Notes: generated by a model not told the origin, from the sequence alone. DNA of 43,999 nt, filler included, from Catajapyx aquilonaris (GCA_000934665.2; 2 parts of 2 records of this genome joined end to end with filler, not necessarily neighbours in it); one strand, 5' to 3'. Positions 25,192 to 37,286 are shown, counted from the whole stretch's first letter. Program-made: numbers and translations.

Positions 25192-25197
<6 letters not shown>

Positions 25198-25200
25198 TGA

Positions 25201-25469
25201 TCATCATCATCATCATCATCATAATGGATACCCCGTGATAGGCCTCCTTAGGCCTTTTAGGGAATCATCTTTTCATCATTTGCCTGCGCTACGATGGATT
25301 TTGATTGCGAGAGGAGATAGGAGAACCCTGAGAAAACCCACGCCAACATAAAGAGAACCCATCGAAACTCGTTCCACATAAGTATATCCTCTGTTCGATT
25401 CAGGGATCGAACTTGGGACCTCAGAGGTGGAAGGCTGTGGTGATAACCACTACACTACTGTGCCACCAT
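25201..25469 (-). mobile_element. SINE family B, inverted copy, tail-to-tail with the previous one
   Basis: Reverse-complement match to 24889-25191, with TSD ATTTAACTAGA at 24868-24878 / 25470-25480. Confidence 0.85.
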
Positions 25470-25665
25470 ATTTAACTAGAATATGTAAAATAGGAGCCCT
25501 TCCCACATCTTTTGCAAAACCATTTGAATGACCCAAATTTTGCTGGATTGTACATAATTTTTTTGAATCATATGATTAGTACTCTTTTCAAGACACAGGA
25601 GTCTATTTTAAATAAACATCATCATTGTGATGTGGTGCCATCAAGGGTCAGATGGTGAAGTAGTA

Positions 25666-25833
25666 CAGTGTTGGACATTAATCGAGACATTCGAGGCACT
25701 GGTGGCTAGCGACATTTTCCGAATCGGCAGAAGAAGGAACCGAAGATAAGCATTCTGCAAGCTGGGCGAGCAAGATTCCTTCTTCTGCCGCTTCCGAAAA
25801 TGTCACTAGCAATATGCTTCGATATAATCACTG
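25666..25833. mobile_element. Small Tc1/mariner-type MITE with internal hairpin
   Basis: TA-CAGTG...CACTG-TA ends. Internal inverted arms at about 25705-25739 and 25776-25809. Confidence 0.55.
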
Positions 25834-26450
25834 TACAGCATTTGGCAGAATTCATCTTCTCCCCAAAATCTTTAGAATCAGCATACCAACCATTGAGCCT
25901 TTCATATGTGTGTTATCATCACATTCTAAAACTGGGTTGGCTGCAGGCAATAATTATTGCCTGCTGCAATACACTAGAAGTTAACTTGTGTTTTGGATGT
26001 AATAATGTGCGAAAACATTGTACAAAAATAAATCCACAGTTTTCCATCCCCTCACTTCAGGATATGACAGACACTTCCAATGGAATGGTTATTCACGCTA
26101 AGCAAAATTGCAAGAAGTTGAATATTCTCTCAGCTTCCGCATTTCACTCTTTTCCCTTGACAGTGTCACATAATTGAGAAAATTCAGTGATGTCACAGGA
26201 AGGCTTGAAGGTACATGGTCCTAAACTTTTATGCAATGGTCTTACACAGTTGTATGCTGGAACCATAATGGTCTTCTTGATGATGTAACACAAGCATGCC
26301 ACATGTGTTTGTTTGTAATTAACAGAAGAGTGGCATAAATCAGAAATTAGAGTTACTTGGCATTGCAATCAGGGGTCAAGGAGTTCTTAGGAGAATGCAG
26401 TCTTCTTAAACTTATGCATGAGAGTGTCTGTTTTACCAGCTCCTTTCCTT

Positions 26451-29400
26451 TTAAACATCCATACACGCATTAACTACTGGACACTGTGGCATACATTGGA
26501 ACATAAATGGTACCAACACATTGCTTCCCACACTTAATTGAAGGTCACTACTCACATCTTCATGATAAGTTGAAAGAAATGCCTCTTCTTCAGTGTTGAA
26601 ACTGTTCACAACATTAGCCTCATTCCAGGGGTGATTTTCAGTTGCATCATAAGAAATATCAGCCTCTCTTCCTTCATTTCCTTGCATCCATATTTCAGTC
26701 ATCTCTTCCCTCCAATCCTGAGCACAATAAAATCATGTCACTCTCAATGACGGCTGGCACCATCCCTTTGTCTGTCATCATAAGGTAAGTCTAAATATCT
26801 TTAATAACGGTATATTGGTACAATATCTAAGGGACACCTATTTCCACTTGGTTCCATTGTCGTACCTTCATGTTTAGGAGTTAGTTACATGCACCTTCGC
26901 AAATCACATGAATGGGCTTTATGTGAGTATGTGTGACTACATGATAAACCTTAAATTGAGTTCATAGCCCAGGCACACTATAAATCGAAGTTCATGCATG
27001 AATGAAAATTAAGTTACCTCTTCTTTGACAGCTTCATTCACTGCTGCTTGTACAAGATTTCCTGCAGGCATATTGGAACTTGAAGGAGTCACTTGATGTG
27101 GATGCTGCTCTGGCTCATAAGCTTCAATAGGAGCACCAAGGTCTCTTCCAGAATGTGTGTGTGGTTCTGGAAAATATGCATATTTCATATATTTCTCAAC
27201 AATAGTTATTCTTACATTTCCATACATGCATCGCAACATAACTGAAAGCCTAGTTTTATAAGTAAATCACAATTTTCATAATTATTCAGACTTATTTCCA
27301 ATAATAATTGTGTATATCTGAACAACCAATATCGAACCTCAACAAGCGAGTTCTTGCAAATCTATCATACACAGTTCTTCCAGGAGTGTCTAGTTCAGGT
27401 AGCAATTTTTGACATGAACCAGGTTATCATTAACCCTTAACTACGTAGGTGGGCGAAACACCTTTAACTACGTAGGTGGAGCCTGAGAGGCTCCAACGGT
27501 ATATTTAAATTTATGCTTATCAACAAAATTGTTATATTGGACTTTTCACATACAGAAAGTGCAGTTCAGATCATTAGGCTTCCGAAAACGTAAAAATCAC
27601 ACGCTGAGTCAGCATATTCCGACAGGGAAAAATTTTTAATTAAAAGGTTACATCAACAACTTTGAGCCGCTCTGGCTTCACCTGCATAGGGATAGCCTGA
27701 GTGGTTAGAGGGACCTGTTCCTCGTTACGAATTTTTTTAAACCAAAGAATAGGGACTAAAATTTTTTTTCTTTCCTTTTCATGCTTAGGAAGGTTTTTCT
27801 GACAAAGTCACGGAAGGACAGGGGAAAATAAAATTCAATGAAAAAGTTACATGAGTTTAAATAGTGCTTGGAGCCTCTCAGGCTCCACCTACGTAGTTAA
27901 GGGTTAAGTAGTTCATTTTGCACAAATACATTTCCAGGCTATCAAAAATTTCAACTGATAAAATGAGGTTGGCAGGCTTGTTGGCAAATGTAGCGTCCGA
28001 GGGATAGCCTATAATGAAAGCCCCCAACTTACATAAGTGGAGCCCCCCAATGGTATCTTCACCTTATCGTGGTGGTGGAGTTTGAGTTTCTCCCTTGACT
28101 CAAAGAGCTATGCCGGTGGTAGCTTAGTCTACTGGTAGGGCCACCCAAGTCGGATAGGTCTTTGGGATAGGAGACAGACTAAGAGAGTCTAAGGGACTAA
28201 GAGAGTCTTTCCTCTCTTCTTTTTCCTCATCGTTTCTCTCTCCATCTGTCCCACCTTTGCATCTTCTATAGCTAGATAGCCATAGTCGCTTTGGCTTCTT
28301 CTTAAAACCTAAACCTCAACGTAAGTGGAGCATTCTACAACCCAATGAGTAAGTCAGCTTTCATGTAACTTTACTTCATCTTATTGTAGCTTATGTGATT
28401 TTCCAAACCCACAACACCGTTTGCAGGCTCCTGGCACCATGGCCTCCAATTTACGTAATCTGGATCTACAGTGGCGCCAATAAATTAAATAAATAAACAA
28501 GTAGATAGAAATGTCGTTAAAAAGAGGAATAGATGATTACAATGAAATTAATTATGTCAAGCGTAAGTACTGTATCTGCAATTTACATTTTTCAATGTAT
28601 CCCCTTTTGGTGTCCACAACAGCCTCTAGGAGAGACCTGAAGAGTTCACAGGGGTTGGTGATGATATCTTTTTTCATGTGCACCATTTGCATCTTTGTCT
28701 CTGCTGCTCTCTGCTGCCATATATTGCCTGCTCCAATTCCCTTTATCCACGAAATCCTTATCTCTAACGGACAGGCTGCACCTAAATTTGTTACCACATC
28801 CCATACCAGGAAGTACGTATAACATTTCAGGCATTCCCACACTACTGCTACAGTCCATTAAACCTAATGTATGTGATAAATTCTAATTTGTTTTAAATAC
28901 CCCCATGTTGCCAGATGAGTATGAACAGTTTTAATTGCTTTAATACATAATGTAGTTTGCACCACTGGACAGAGGGTACTTGTGAAAATTCAGCGGGCAT
29001 AATAAGGCATGAAATCAATATGCTTGAATTGACACAACCAATGCATTTACAATTCTGGACTAACCCCTACTTCTTGCATTTTGGTTTTATGAGGTCATCC
29101 CAACTGTTACTATGTTGTAGGTCATAGGCCTCATTTGGTAAGGTCTATCTGATTGGTACTACGCTGTGCATTGCTGCTATTTCACCTCCTCCCAATCCGC
29201 CCTAATCATATGGAAGGCTTGGCAGGATGCCACGCGACTCCTTCTGCCTTTGATCTGCGCAAACCACAACCCCATTGTCCCATCTGGTTTTACTACTTAC
29301 AATGACCCTCCATTTCCTGCACAAAGCAATGAAACTTATACCCAACCTTCATCAGGAGATTTCCTCCTCTTCCCTTCCTGTTCCTTCAGGATGAACACTT

Positions 29401-29521
29401 CTATCCAGGCCATCCTCCTGTCCATATCCGCAATGGTCCTCTCAATCCTGTCATTCTGAGCCAGGCTTCGTTCCAGGAGGGACACAATGTGGGGCAGCAA
29501 GGTTGGTGGTTGGGTGGCCAT
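26451..29521 (-). CDS. Paralog A of the coiled-coil/ZNF family; no zinc-finger exon visible; 3' end uncertain
   Basis: Exon 1 29521-29347 (MATQPPTLLPHIVSLLERSLAQNDRIERTI..., phase 1) and exon 2 27166-27018 (...YEPEQHPHQ...AAVNEAVKEE, phase 0) are homologous to paralog B. Exon 3 starts at 26717 (DWREEMTE..., acidic) and ends at a GTGAGT donor after 26556 or reads through to the stop at 26451. Confidence 0.65.
27434..27903. mobile_element. piggyBac-like MITE
   Basis: TTAA TSDs, TIRs CCCTTAACTACGTAGGTGG / CCACCTACGTAGTTAAGGG, and subterminal inverted repeats. Confidence 0.92.
28044..28318 (+). mobile_element. RTE-head short retroposon, copy 3
   Basis: Matches 8636-8890. (AAACCT) tail and TSD AC[A/G]TAAGTGGAGC at 28031-28043 / 28319-28331. 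Confidence 0.75.
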
Positions 29522-31126
29522 GCTGTCTCCTCAGCAGTTACAGTTGGGGTGTGGGCAGAGTGTGGGTATGCCGTGGGTAAGGTTAGGCCCCCGCAGAAAC
29601 TTAGTATGGACGTTACAATGACAAGGAGAAGCTAGGTGAAGTCGGAACAAAGAAAGCAACAAACCTTCGTCGCTGGAACAGGCACGTGTTAGCTGGAGTT
29701 CGCAATGTGTGCGACTGAATATAGAGTCACGAGAGATACACCGCACTGTGGCAGCACCGTCGAACATTCAACAAGACTGTTCCAAAACGGGCAGACTCAC
29801 CGCCTCTAGTGGCAAGATGTCGAATCGCTCTTCAAATTACTGGCGGGAAACTCTTGAACCATGTTGGATCACTACGAGGATCACTCTGTATGTATGTACA
29901 GAATGTGATAAAACGACTAGAGTAACAACTCGTCAAGTTTTATTTTTGCCAAATGGAAATTGCCCTGAGATACAAAGACAGGTAATCCATACAAACATGA
30001 CATACACTGGTATGGAGAAGGCACTTTAATGAATAAACGTCACGGGTGGAAAGGGGCTTAACTTAGGGAAATAACAATTGTGACATATAAATGTGAACTT
30101 CGGGCAATTTGTTTCTTGCAACAGGTTCCCCTTTTCTCTGCAGCTGCAACACAAAAACAATCTACACCTTTAACACCTATACCCCTTTCTTACACAAAAG
30201 ATGTTCGAGCAAAGGGTCACCAAAGTTACAAATTAAAGTAAGCCCCCTTAGAGCTCTTGTCAGTGCATGAACACCACTGGGAACAATAATGCTAACTATT
30301 CCAACAACAACAACAAAATCTCCATCTCTATTGACTGACTTGGATCATCATCACGTGGTAGGTGAGCCAGAAGGTATTCTAGTACAAGGGACAACCACCC
30401 ATTCCCTTTAATAGGTGTGAGAAATGTTTGAAATATTCTGTACATCTGTCATCTAATTTAAGCATTAGTATGCAAGGACCCTGTATACGTACAACCAGGT
30501 ACAACTCATCTTTCAGTAATAAATTAATCACACTTCACTCAAATAATATCACATATCCTACTGTTCTCTCTCATTAGGAACTCAAACAACACGCCTGAAG
30601 AGAAACTCCTGTAAAATTATGAAAATGTTGAATTGGTGCTTTGTTCAGATCAACAACGAGATGCAAGGAAAGTGTTTTATGTTTCCACAAATCATGCTAT
30701 CTTCAAGCCACATAAGATTGGCTCTAACGATGGCATCTAGCTCCTTCCACAGGTCTGATGGCCCAAGTTACAACCCTGTATCTTCAAAAAAACACGTAAA
30801 TGGAGATAAATGAACCTTTGCACTCCAAAGCCCGTAACTGTAGGCGCAACCCTTGCAAAGTTTGGGCTAATAATTGAAATCATGCACTTCCATATACGAT
30901 AATGGAAACAAAAACCTTCAAACGTGGACATCTCGAAATGACAAAAAGCAGAGATACAGGGTTGTGACTTGGGCCGTCATAGGTGTGGCAAAAGGTTGTG
31001 AAGATGGGAAGGGTCAGCCAAAGCTAATTTCCTAGACAATAAATCCTGCCTACAGTTCTCACACTTTTCCATGCACCATCATGAAAACCTCAAATCCTTT
31101 GCATGCCATGAATTTCCCCATATATT

Positions 31127-34100
31127 TCAGAAAATAGTTTGGCTTGGCTTTGCTGCATGGAATTTCTTCACATGCGAGTTCATGCTCCCTTTTTGGCTGA
31201 ACTTCACATTGCAAAATTGGCAAGAAAATTGCCTTTCTTCTGAATGTATTAACAAATGCATATTCAGGTTACCTTTTTGGCTAAAACGTTTGTGGCAGAC
31301 ATGACAACTGAATGGTTTCTCACCTGTGTGGACCATTATGTGACGCATCAGATCCTGAGAGCTGGCTAAAGCCTTCCCACATACCTCACATTGATAAGGT
31401 TTTAACCCAAAGTGAACAGTTTTCAAATGAAAAGTTAGACTTCCTTTAGTGGTGAATCTGGCACCACACAATTCGCAGAAAAATTGGGATTTACTTCCAT
31501 GTGCTGCATGGAATTTCTTCACATGAAACTTCATGTTCCGTTTTTGGCTGAACTTCACATTGCAAAATTGGCAAGAAAATTGCTTTTCTTCTGAATGTAT
31601 TAACAAATGCACATTCAGGTTACCTTTTTTGTTAAAACGTTTGTGGCAGACTTGACAACTGAATGGTCTCTCACCTGTGTGGACCAATCTGTGATCCTTC
31701 AGCCTCTGAGAATGAACGAAAGCCTTCCCACATACCTCACATGGATAAGGTTTTAACCCAAGGTGAACAGTTTTCCAATGTACAGTTCGATTTCCTTTAG
31801 TGGTGAATCTGGCACCACAGAATTCGCATGAAAATTTGGATTCACTCCCTCCTGGATGGACATTACCATGCGCTGAATGGACCAACTGCTGCGAATCATC
31901 TCTTGCAGCCCCAGTCTCTATATTTCTGTCCATTTTGAGTCTTGCATTGGACACATCTGTCTCACTTGGCTGGAGATTATTTGGATGAGCCTGTCTTCCA
32001 GGAGTTTCTGCCGTTGGGGCAAAAGTGCTGAGCTCATCTCCCTGAGATTCCTGTATCATGTCCTGCTGTTCTTCAACCACCACTGCATGAGACTTGACAC
32101 ACTCTTCCAGTGAAGATGGAATGTTGAAAGTCTTGTTGCAGATGCCACATTTAAGTAGGTCTTTGAAAGGTTTCTGCCTCTTTGGATGTGAATTCCTCTA
32201 AAAGTAAAGTAAATCATTTTCTTCCAGATGTGCATTAAAATTTACCTGGGCTTCTGTAAAAACTGGTCACTAACATAATGCCTACATTCATATTGCACAA
32301 ATATATTGGATGCTCTTGTCTCAAGTTGGTATTACTGAGCCAGCCAAAATCCTTTCATGCTGAAGACTGGAGTGGTATGCTGTGGATTCCAGTTACAGGT
32401 AATTGTTGATATTTTGTAATAATGCATGACAGAGGACTGGACTTCTCCATACATTCAACATTATGACAGACAAAAGTAAAACACAACTAGAAAAACCCTC
32501 GCTTCCATAGCATTTTTCTAGGCCTGTGGCCTGGGGTGGACACCATATTTTTAAACTGCTTCGGACATATAGCAAGTGATGATTAATCCATACCCTACGA
32601 CCCGTCTGAAATCCCACTATTTGCTGGAAAATATGCATTTGCCCACTTCAACATAAACGTACCTTGTGAGTTATTTTTCACGCCAAATAATTTAATACCG
32701 TAATATTGTATCAATGTACATTCATGACCTGTAATTGGAGATTTCAACACTGTGTTGAAACAACCGGTAATTAGAAGCCATTCAAAATTCAACCACAATA
32801 TGCAATGAAGAAAAACATAAACAATTACGGGAGGCTGCTTTTATCGCACTTTCATCATTTGGGATGCAAACTGAGCCCCTATTTTCCCCAACAATGGGAG
32901 CGAACAGTTTCAACAAAGGAATACGTGCTTACTTTCATTTTATTCATTGTTATTACTTCTTCTTCATCATCATCATCATCATCATCTTCACGGCGTTTCC
33001 CAAACAGACATGGGATTTTTTTAAAAATTATTATGTGCGAGTACTTGACCAGGTTGGCATAGTGGATAGGGCGTCCGCCTGCTAATCGGGAGGTCCTGGG
33101 TTCGAATCCCGGGGCCGGCAACCCTGACCGTGGTGTTCTGTGGTTTTCCACGGTCTTCCTAGGATAATTCCGGGGTTGTTTCCATATAATAGGCCACAGC
33201 CGCTTCCTTCCTTCCCTATCCTTGGAGGTTGAAAGGCAATGCTGGGCCAACCTCCTCAATATCAATAATAAAGTACTTGACCAGGCTTCAATGTTTTTTT
33301 TTTGTTGTTGTTGTTTTTTGTTCTTTTATTGTGTAACTTATACGTATTTGGTCATGTGAGGATATTGAGGACCTCCTCCTCAATATCCGCTGGCAACCCC
33401 ATATCTGTTTGGGAAACGCCGTGAAGATGATGATGATGGTTATTACTTGCAATTTCAAAATTCAATTACTCGTGAACCAAGCATTTTCACACTCTAGGAA
33501 TAGTGTCATTCGACTCAGCTCATCGAGTGTATTCAAAAAATATACAGAAACCTGCAAGATTTTTGCGGGGCTAAACTGCACCGAAGCCTAAACATTGACA
33601 ACAGAGCCTGAGTGTCACATCCGGATTCTTACTCCAACTGCATTCGATCACCTTCTGCACTATTAACAACAAAAGTAATGTCACACGGTTATGTGACGGC
33701 ATCTGCGACTTGTTGTTTAGCATGGGGGTTGCCGAGTTACGGATGTTAATTTGGCAATACTCTGGAATCCACAACCCATGCTAAACGACAAGTCACGGGT
33801 GCCATCACATAACAGTGCGACATTACTTTTGCGGTTAATAGTACCCATACATGGATGCTGAGTTACGGGCCCAAGGCCGGATGATTCGAGCTGGCTTTTA
33901 CTGCTTTGAAGCTGCCGAGGAGCGGATGTGACGTCACGAAACTTTAAAGGCACCGAACGCATTAACTATGCAACAACTTCCAAAACTACTTTCACATATT
34001 ATCAGTTTATCTGGAAATTATACACGAGAATCCCTTCTCCCTGCATAAATGAAAATTTATGTTACCTCTACATTGACAGTTCCGTTAACTGCTGCCGGTA

Positions 34101-35458
34101 TGAGAGTTCCTCCACTCATAATAGAACTTGAAGCCTCTTGATGCGGATGCTGCTCTGGCTCATACGTTTCAACAGTAGCACAAGGGTCTCTCTCACGGTA
34201 GGACTCTGCAAAATATATATATATATATATCGTACACAGAATTAGAAATGCATGACTCATCCCATGCACAAGTTGAAGCATTGCCTAAAAAAAAAGTATG
34301 TGTAGCAACCATAGATATCGGGCAAAACAACAAACCATGCCTGGCAGGGTCACAACAAAGGACAGACCTGGTGCAGTCACCCCAAAGTCACACAGACACA
34401 CAAACACAAAGGCTCTATCCATCACCCCATCACCTCCATATCCATAGGTGAGTTGGGGCAAGTGCGACCTTGTTTTACATAGGTTGACTGGGTGAGGTTT
34501 TTGCCGCTCAGGAAGCTGTAAAACAGCTGAACTTATAACCACCTGCAGAGTAACTAAGTCTCTCTTAGTGATCACAGAATCAATGTGGTACGGTTTTGCA
34601 ATTGTCTGAAAATTAATAATTATTCCCGAAACTGTAATGGATTTGGGACTTGCCCTGACGTGGGGTAAGTGCGACTACTGGCCTTGTCTTTGCAGGAGAG
34701 CATCGAGTTTCACCGACTATTTCAGTAAAGCCTATATGCCAAATGTTTGCGTACATACGACAATTTCTTACACGGGGCAAGTGCGACGTCTTAGTCGCAC
34801 TTGCCCCATCGAAATCAGCGCACTTGCCCCAGTGTCACGGGGCAACTGCGACCTAGGGAACAAAGGCGACGTCAGAGTCTTATGGTTAATTACACAACAT
34901 CTATGAAAAGTTCAGGTAAAATGCTTCACAACTATGCATAAATAGAACACCCAGCATGTTGGAGTGTACATACAGAAAATATCTTCTGAAGGTGAGATGT
35001 GAGGGTTGCACGTTCTGCCTCCATCTAGCCACACAACGCCAGTAACGCATGAAAATGTTTTTGTCCTATGTTGCCTGAGGTTAGGACATTCATATTGTGC
35101 TGTCAAGTAAATTGCTCCCATACCGTTTCACTCAATGAGTGTTTTTAGGGTTTGAGACTAATATTTACACTTAATCCAACTAAGTTAACCTACCCTACAA
35201 TAACATGCTAGTAAGTTAGTCAGGTATCATTGGCTACAATCATTGCATCAAAAGAATGTATATCAATCATTGCCCTCTCCAGATGAGCATTTGTGTCATT
35301 GTCTCTCATGACATACTTACTACTCCAAGCCCTTCCATCCACCAAACCCTTCTCTCTACTCGGCAGGTCGCATCAAATTTCATTATCACTCACTAGATAA
35401 TAATAATAATAATAATAATAATATAATACTAATAATAATAATAATAATAATAATATAC

Positions 35459-35529
<71 letters not shown>

Positions 35530-36561
35530 GATACCCCGTGATAGGCCCCTCGGGCCTCTTAGGGGATCATCTTTTGAATAACCGACTTTAATAATTTGCC
35601 TGTAATGTGATGGATTTTGATTGCGGGATGAAACGGGAGGACCCCGAGAAAACCCACGCGAACACGGAAATAACCCATTGAAACTCTAGATCATAGAGTT
35701 AGGATGCAGGTTTCCCATGCTTCAAACATGTAAAATTTAACCCATTTGTGGTAAAGATTATTTCTGCAGAATTTCCTCATGCTCTCAGCATGACGAGCAG
35801 GATGAGTTTCAGTTTCTATTTGAAATTTATTGAAAGTTTGAAGATAACACAACTGAAACACATCATTGCAACACCTCTGGTTGTGAGTCCAAACAATCTA
35901 CAGTATAGGCACTTCTTTTTTTATTATTATGGTGCCTTGTGGTGGAGTCTTTTCTACAAGGTGTAAATGAAATAAGTGTGCCTTTTATGCAGTGTGATAG
36001 TGACTTAAAAGAAACACTTTTTGCCAATTCACTTGGTGCCCCAGATGCATCGTTAAGTCAGAAAACGTCAGGGAGATGCGGTGGGCGTAACGTCTCGTGT
36101 TGCTGAGGGAAAGGTCCCGGGTTCGTCCCCATCCGGCAGCTCGTCCCTTTTCCCACTCCAAGCCTGCAAGGTTTATTGGCCCACATCTTTATGGAAGTGC
36201 CACCACTCCTTCAGCCTGCGCAAACCACTACCCCTTTGGGTCTCTATCTGGAGGTACAACTTTGTCCACCTCCACCTGCTTCAGTTCCCTCCAGCACAAC
36301 ACGAGTAATACCAGGTAATACCCAACCTGTAGCATCATCAGGTGTCCTCCTCCTCCTCTTCCCTTCCTCCTCTTCCCTCAGGACGAACCCTTCCATCATT
36401 ATTGCCATGCTGTGGTCCATCTGAGTCATCTTCCTGTCCATCTGAGCCATCCTTTGACCCATCTTTTCAATGGTCTTCTCCATCCTGTCATTCTGAGCCA
36501 GGCTTCGTTCCAGGAGAGAGGCAATGTGGGACAACGAGGTTGGTGCTGGTTGGGTGGCCAT
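31127..36561 (-). CDS. C2H2 zinc-finger protein, paralog B: coiled-coil N-terminus plus 8 canonical fingers, about 481 aa
   Basis: Model: exons 36561-36327 (phase 1), 34205-34066 (phase 0) and 32197-31127 (1446 nt, in frame). One degenerate finger (CGICNKTF...SH) precedes 8 C2H2 fingers with HTGERPF/HTGEKPF linkers. Additional small exons are not excluded. Confidence 0.85.
33054..33271 (+). mobile_element. tRNA-derived SINE family A, insertion specific to duplication unit 1
   Basis: A/B boxes and a 14-bp TSD AGTACTTGACCAGG (33040-33053, 33272-33285). The paralog has an empty site near 40234. Confidence 0.92.
34446..34855. mobile_element. MITE-like element with GGGGCAAGTGCGAC subterminal repeats (also at about 41668-42100)
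   Basis: Direct and inverted copies of GGGGCAAGTGCGAC / GTCGCACTTGCCCC, shared by both duplication units. Confidence 0.55.
35398..35687 (-). mobile_element. 5'-truncated SINE family B with long (ATT)n tail, specific to unit 1
   Basis: Matches the 3' part of 24889-25191 and is flanked by CTAGAT. The paralog has an empty site near 43655. Confidence 0.85.
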
Positions 36562-36990
36562 CCGCAGTGGTCGTTGAGGCGTGGCAAAGGGCCCCATCTC
36601 TCCACATATGCGAGGGAATATCAGGCTGGAACCGGCTGGAACAACTAGAATAATCTTTGGAACACTCAAGAGCTGACTCGACTAGACGGAAAGGAACGAT
36701 TTCGAACGAGTGACGGACGGAGTGAGTCACACAATATCACAATTTCTAGTCACGCGAGATACACCGCATGTGGCAGCACCGTCGAACATCCATCCAAAAC
36801 GAGCAGACTCACCGCCTCTAGTGGCGAGATATCGAATCGCTCTTCAAATTACGGGCGGGAAACTCTTGAACATCAAAATTTCTGATTAAGAATAGCCCAT
36901 TGGACAAAATGGCAGCTCGTGCCGATGACGGAACCCACTTTGTGCATGCCAGACACCCTTGCATTTTTTAACACGAATATGCACAGTATA

Positions 36991-37286
36991 CAGGGTGTCC
37001 CTAAATGCAGAAATGCAGAGGCGTTCCATCTTGTTGGAAGATGAAATCCGGCGCATCTTCTTGCAGCTGTGGCATTAACCTCTGCAGCACGCACCAAGCC
37101 TTTTCTTCCGCCGACACTATTTTTAACTCCTAGATGGCACGGCACTAATCATTTCATGTGGTGAGATATGTCAAAAAAAAACTTTAAACCTTCCTCTTTG
37201 CTATGAGATATGTACGGGAGTTGTACCTTGTTTGTCGCATTTTTAAGCATTTTTTTACTTTGGCCCCATCTTTTGTGGACACCCTG
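36991..37286. mobile_element. Mariner-type MITE within a unit-2-specific insertion (about 36872-37394)
   Basis: TA-CAGGGTGTCC...GGACACCCTG ends. The region is absent from the paralogous site near 29860. Confidence 0.7.

Larger units (their letters stand above)
29720..36030. repeat. Tandem segmental duplication, unit 1 (paired with about 36750-43999)
   Basis: Colinear high identity across promoter, 3' UTR, exons and introns, broken by copy-specific insertions. Confidence 0.95.

Noticed and set aside
26140..26500. Possible THAP-like remnant (MPQCPVVNAC...HKF) downstream of paralog A exon 3
   Set aside because: It needs frameshifts and stops and lacks the diagnostic W and CxxHF, so the match is too weak.
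28700..28830. Extra coding exon homologous to about 35290-35390 and 43560-43680
   Set aside because: The homology is real, but splice sites and phase are not conserved across the three copies. It is treated as intronic pending RNA data.
29797..29814. CTCF-like motif GCCACTAGAGGCGG (minus strand)
   Set aside because: The core spacing does not fit the consensus, and it is equally explained as an exon end plus splice donor.
30255..30356. C/D snoRNA-like boxes (GTGATGA...CTGA) on the minus strand
   Set aside because: There is no terminal stem or recognisable guide, and it lies in a probable 3' UTR.
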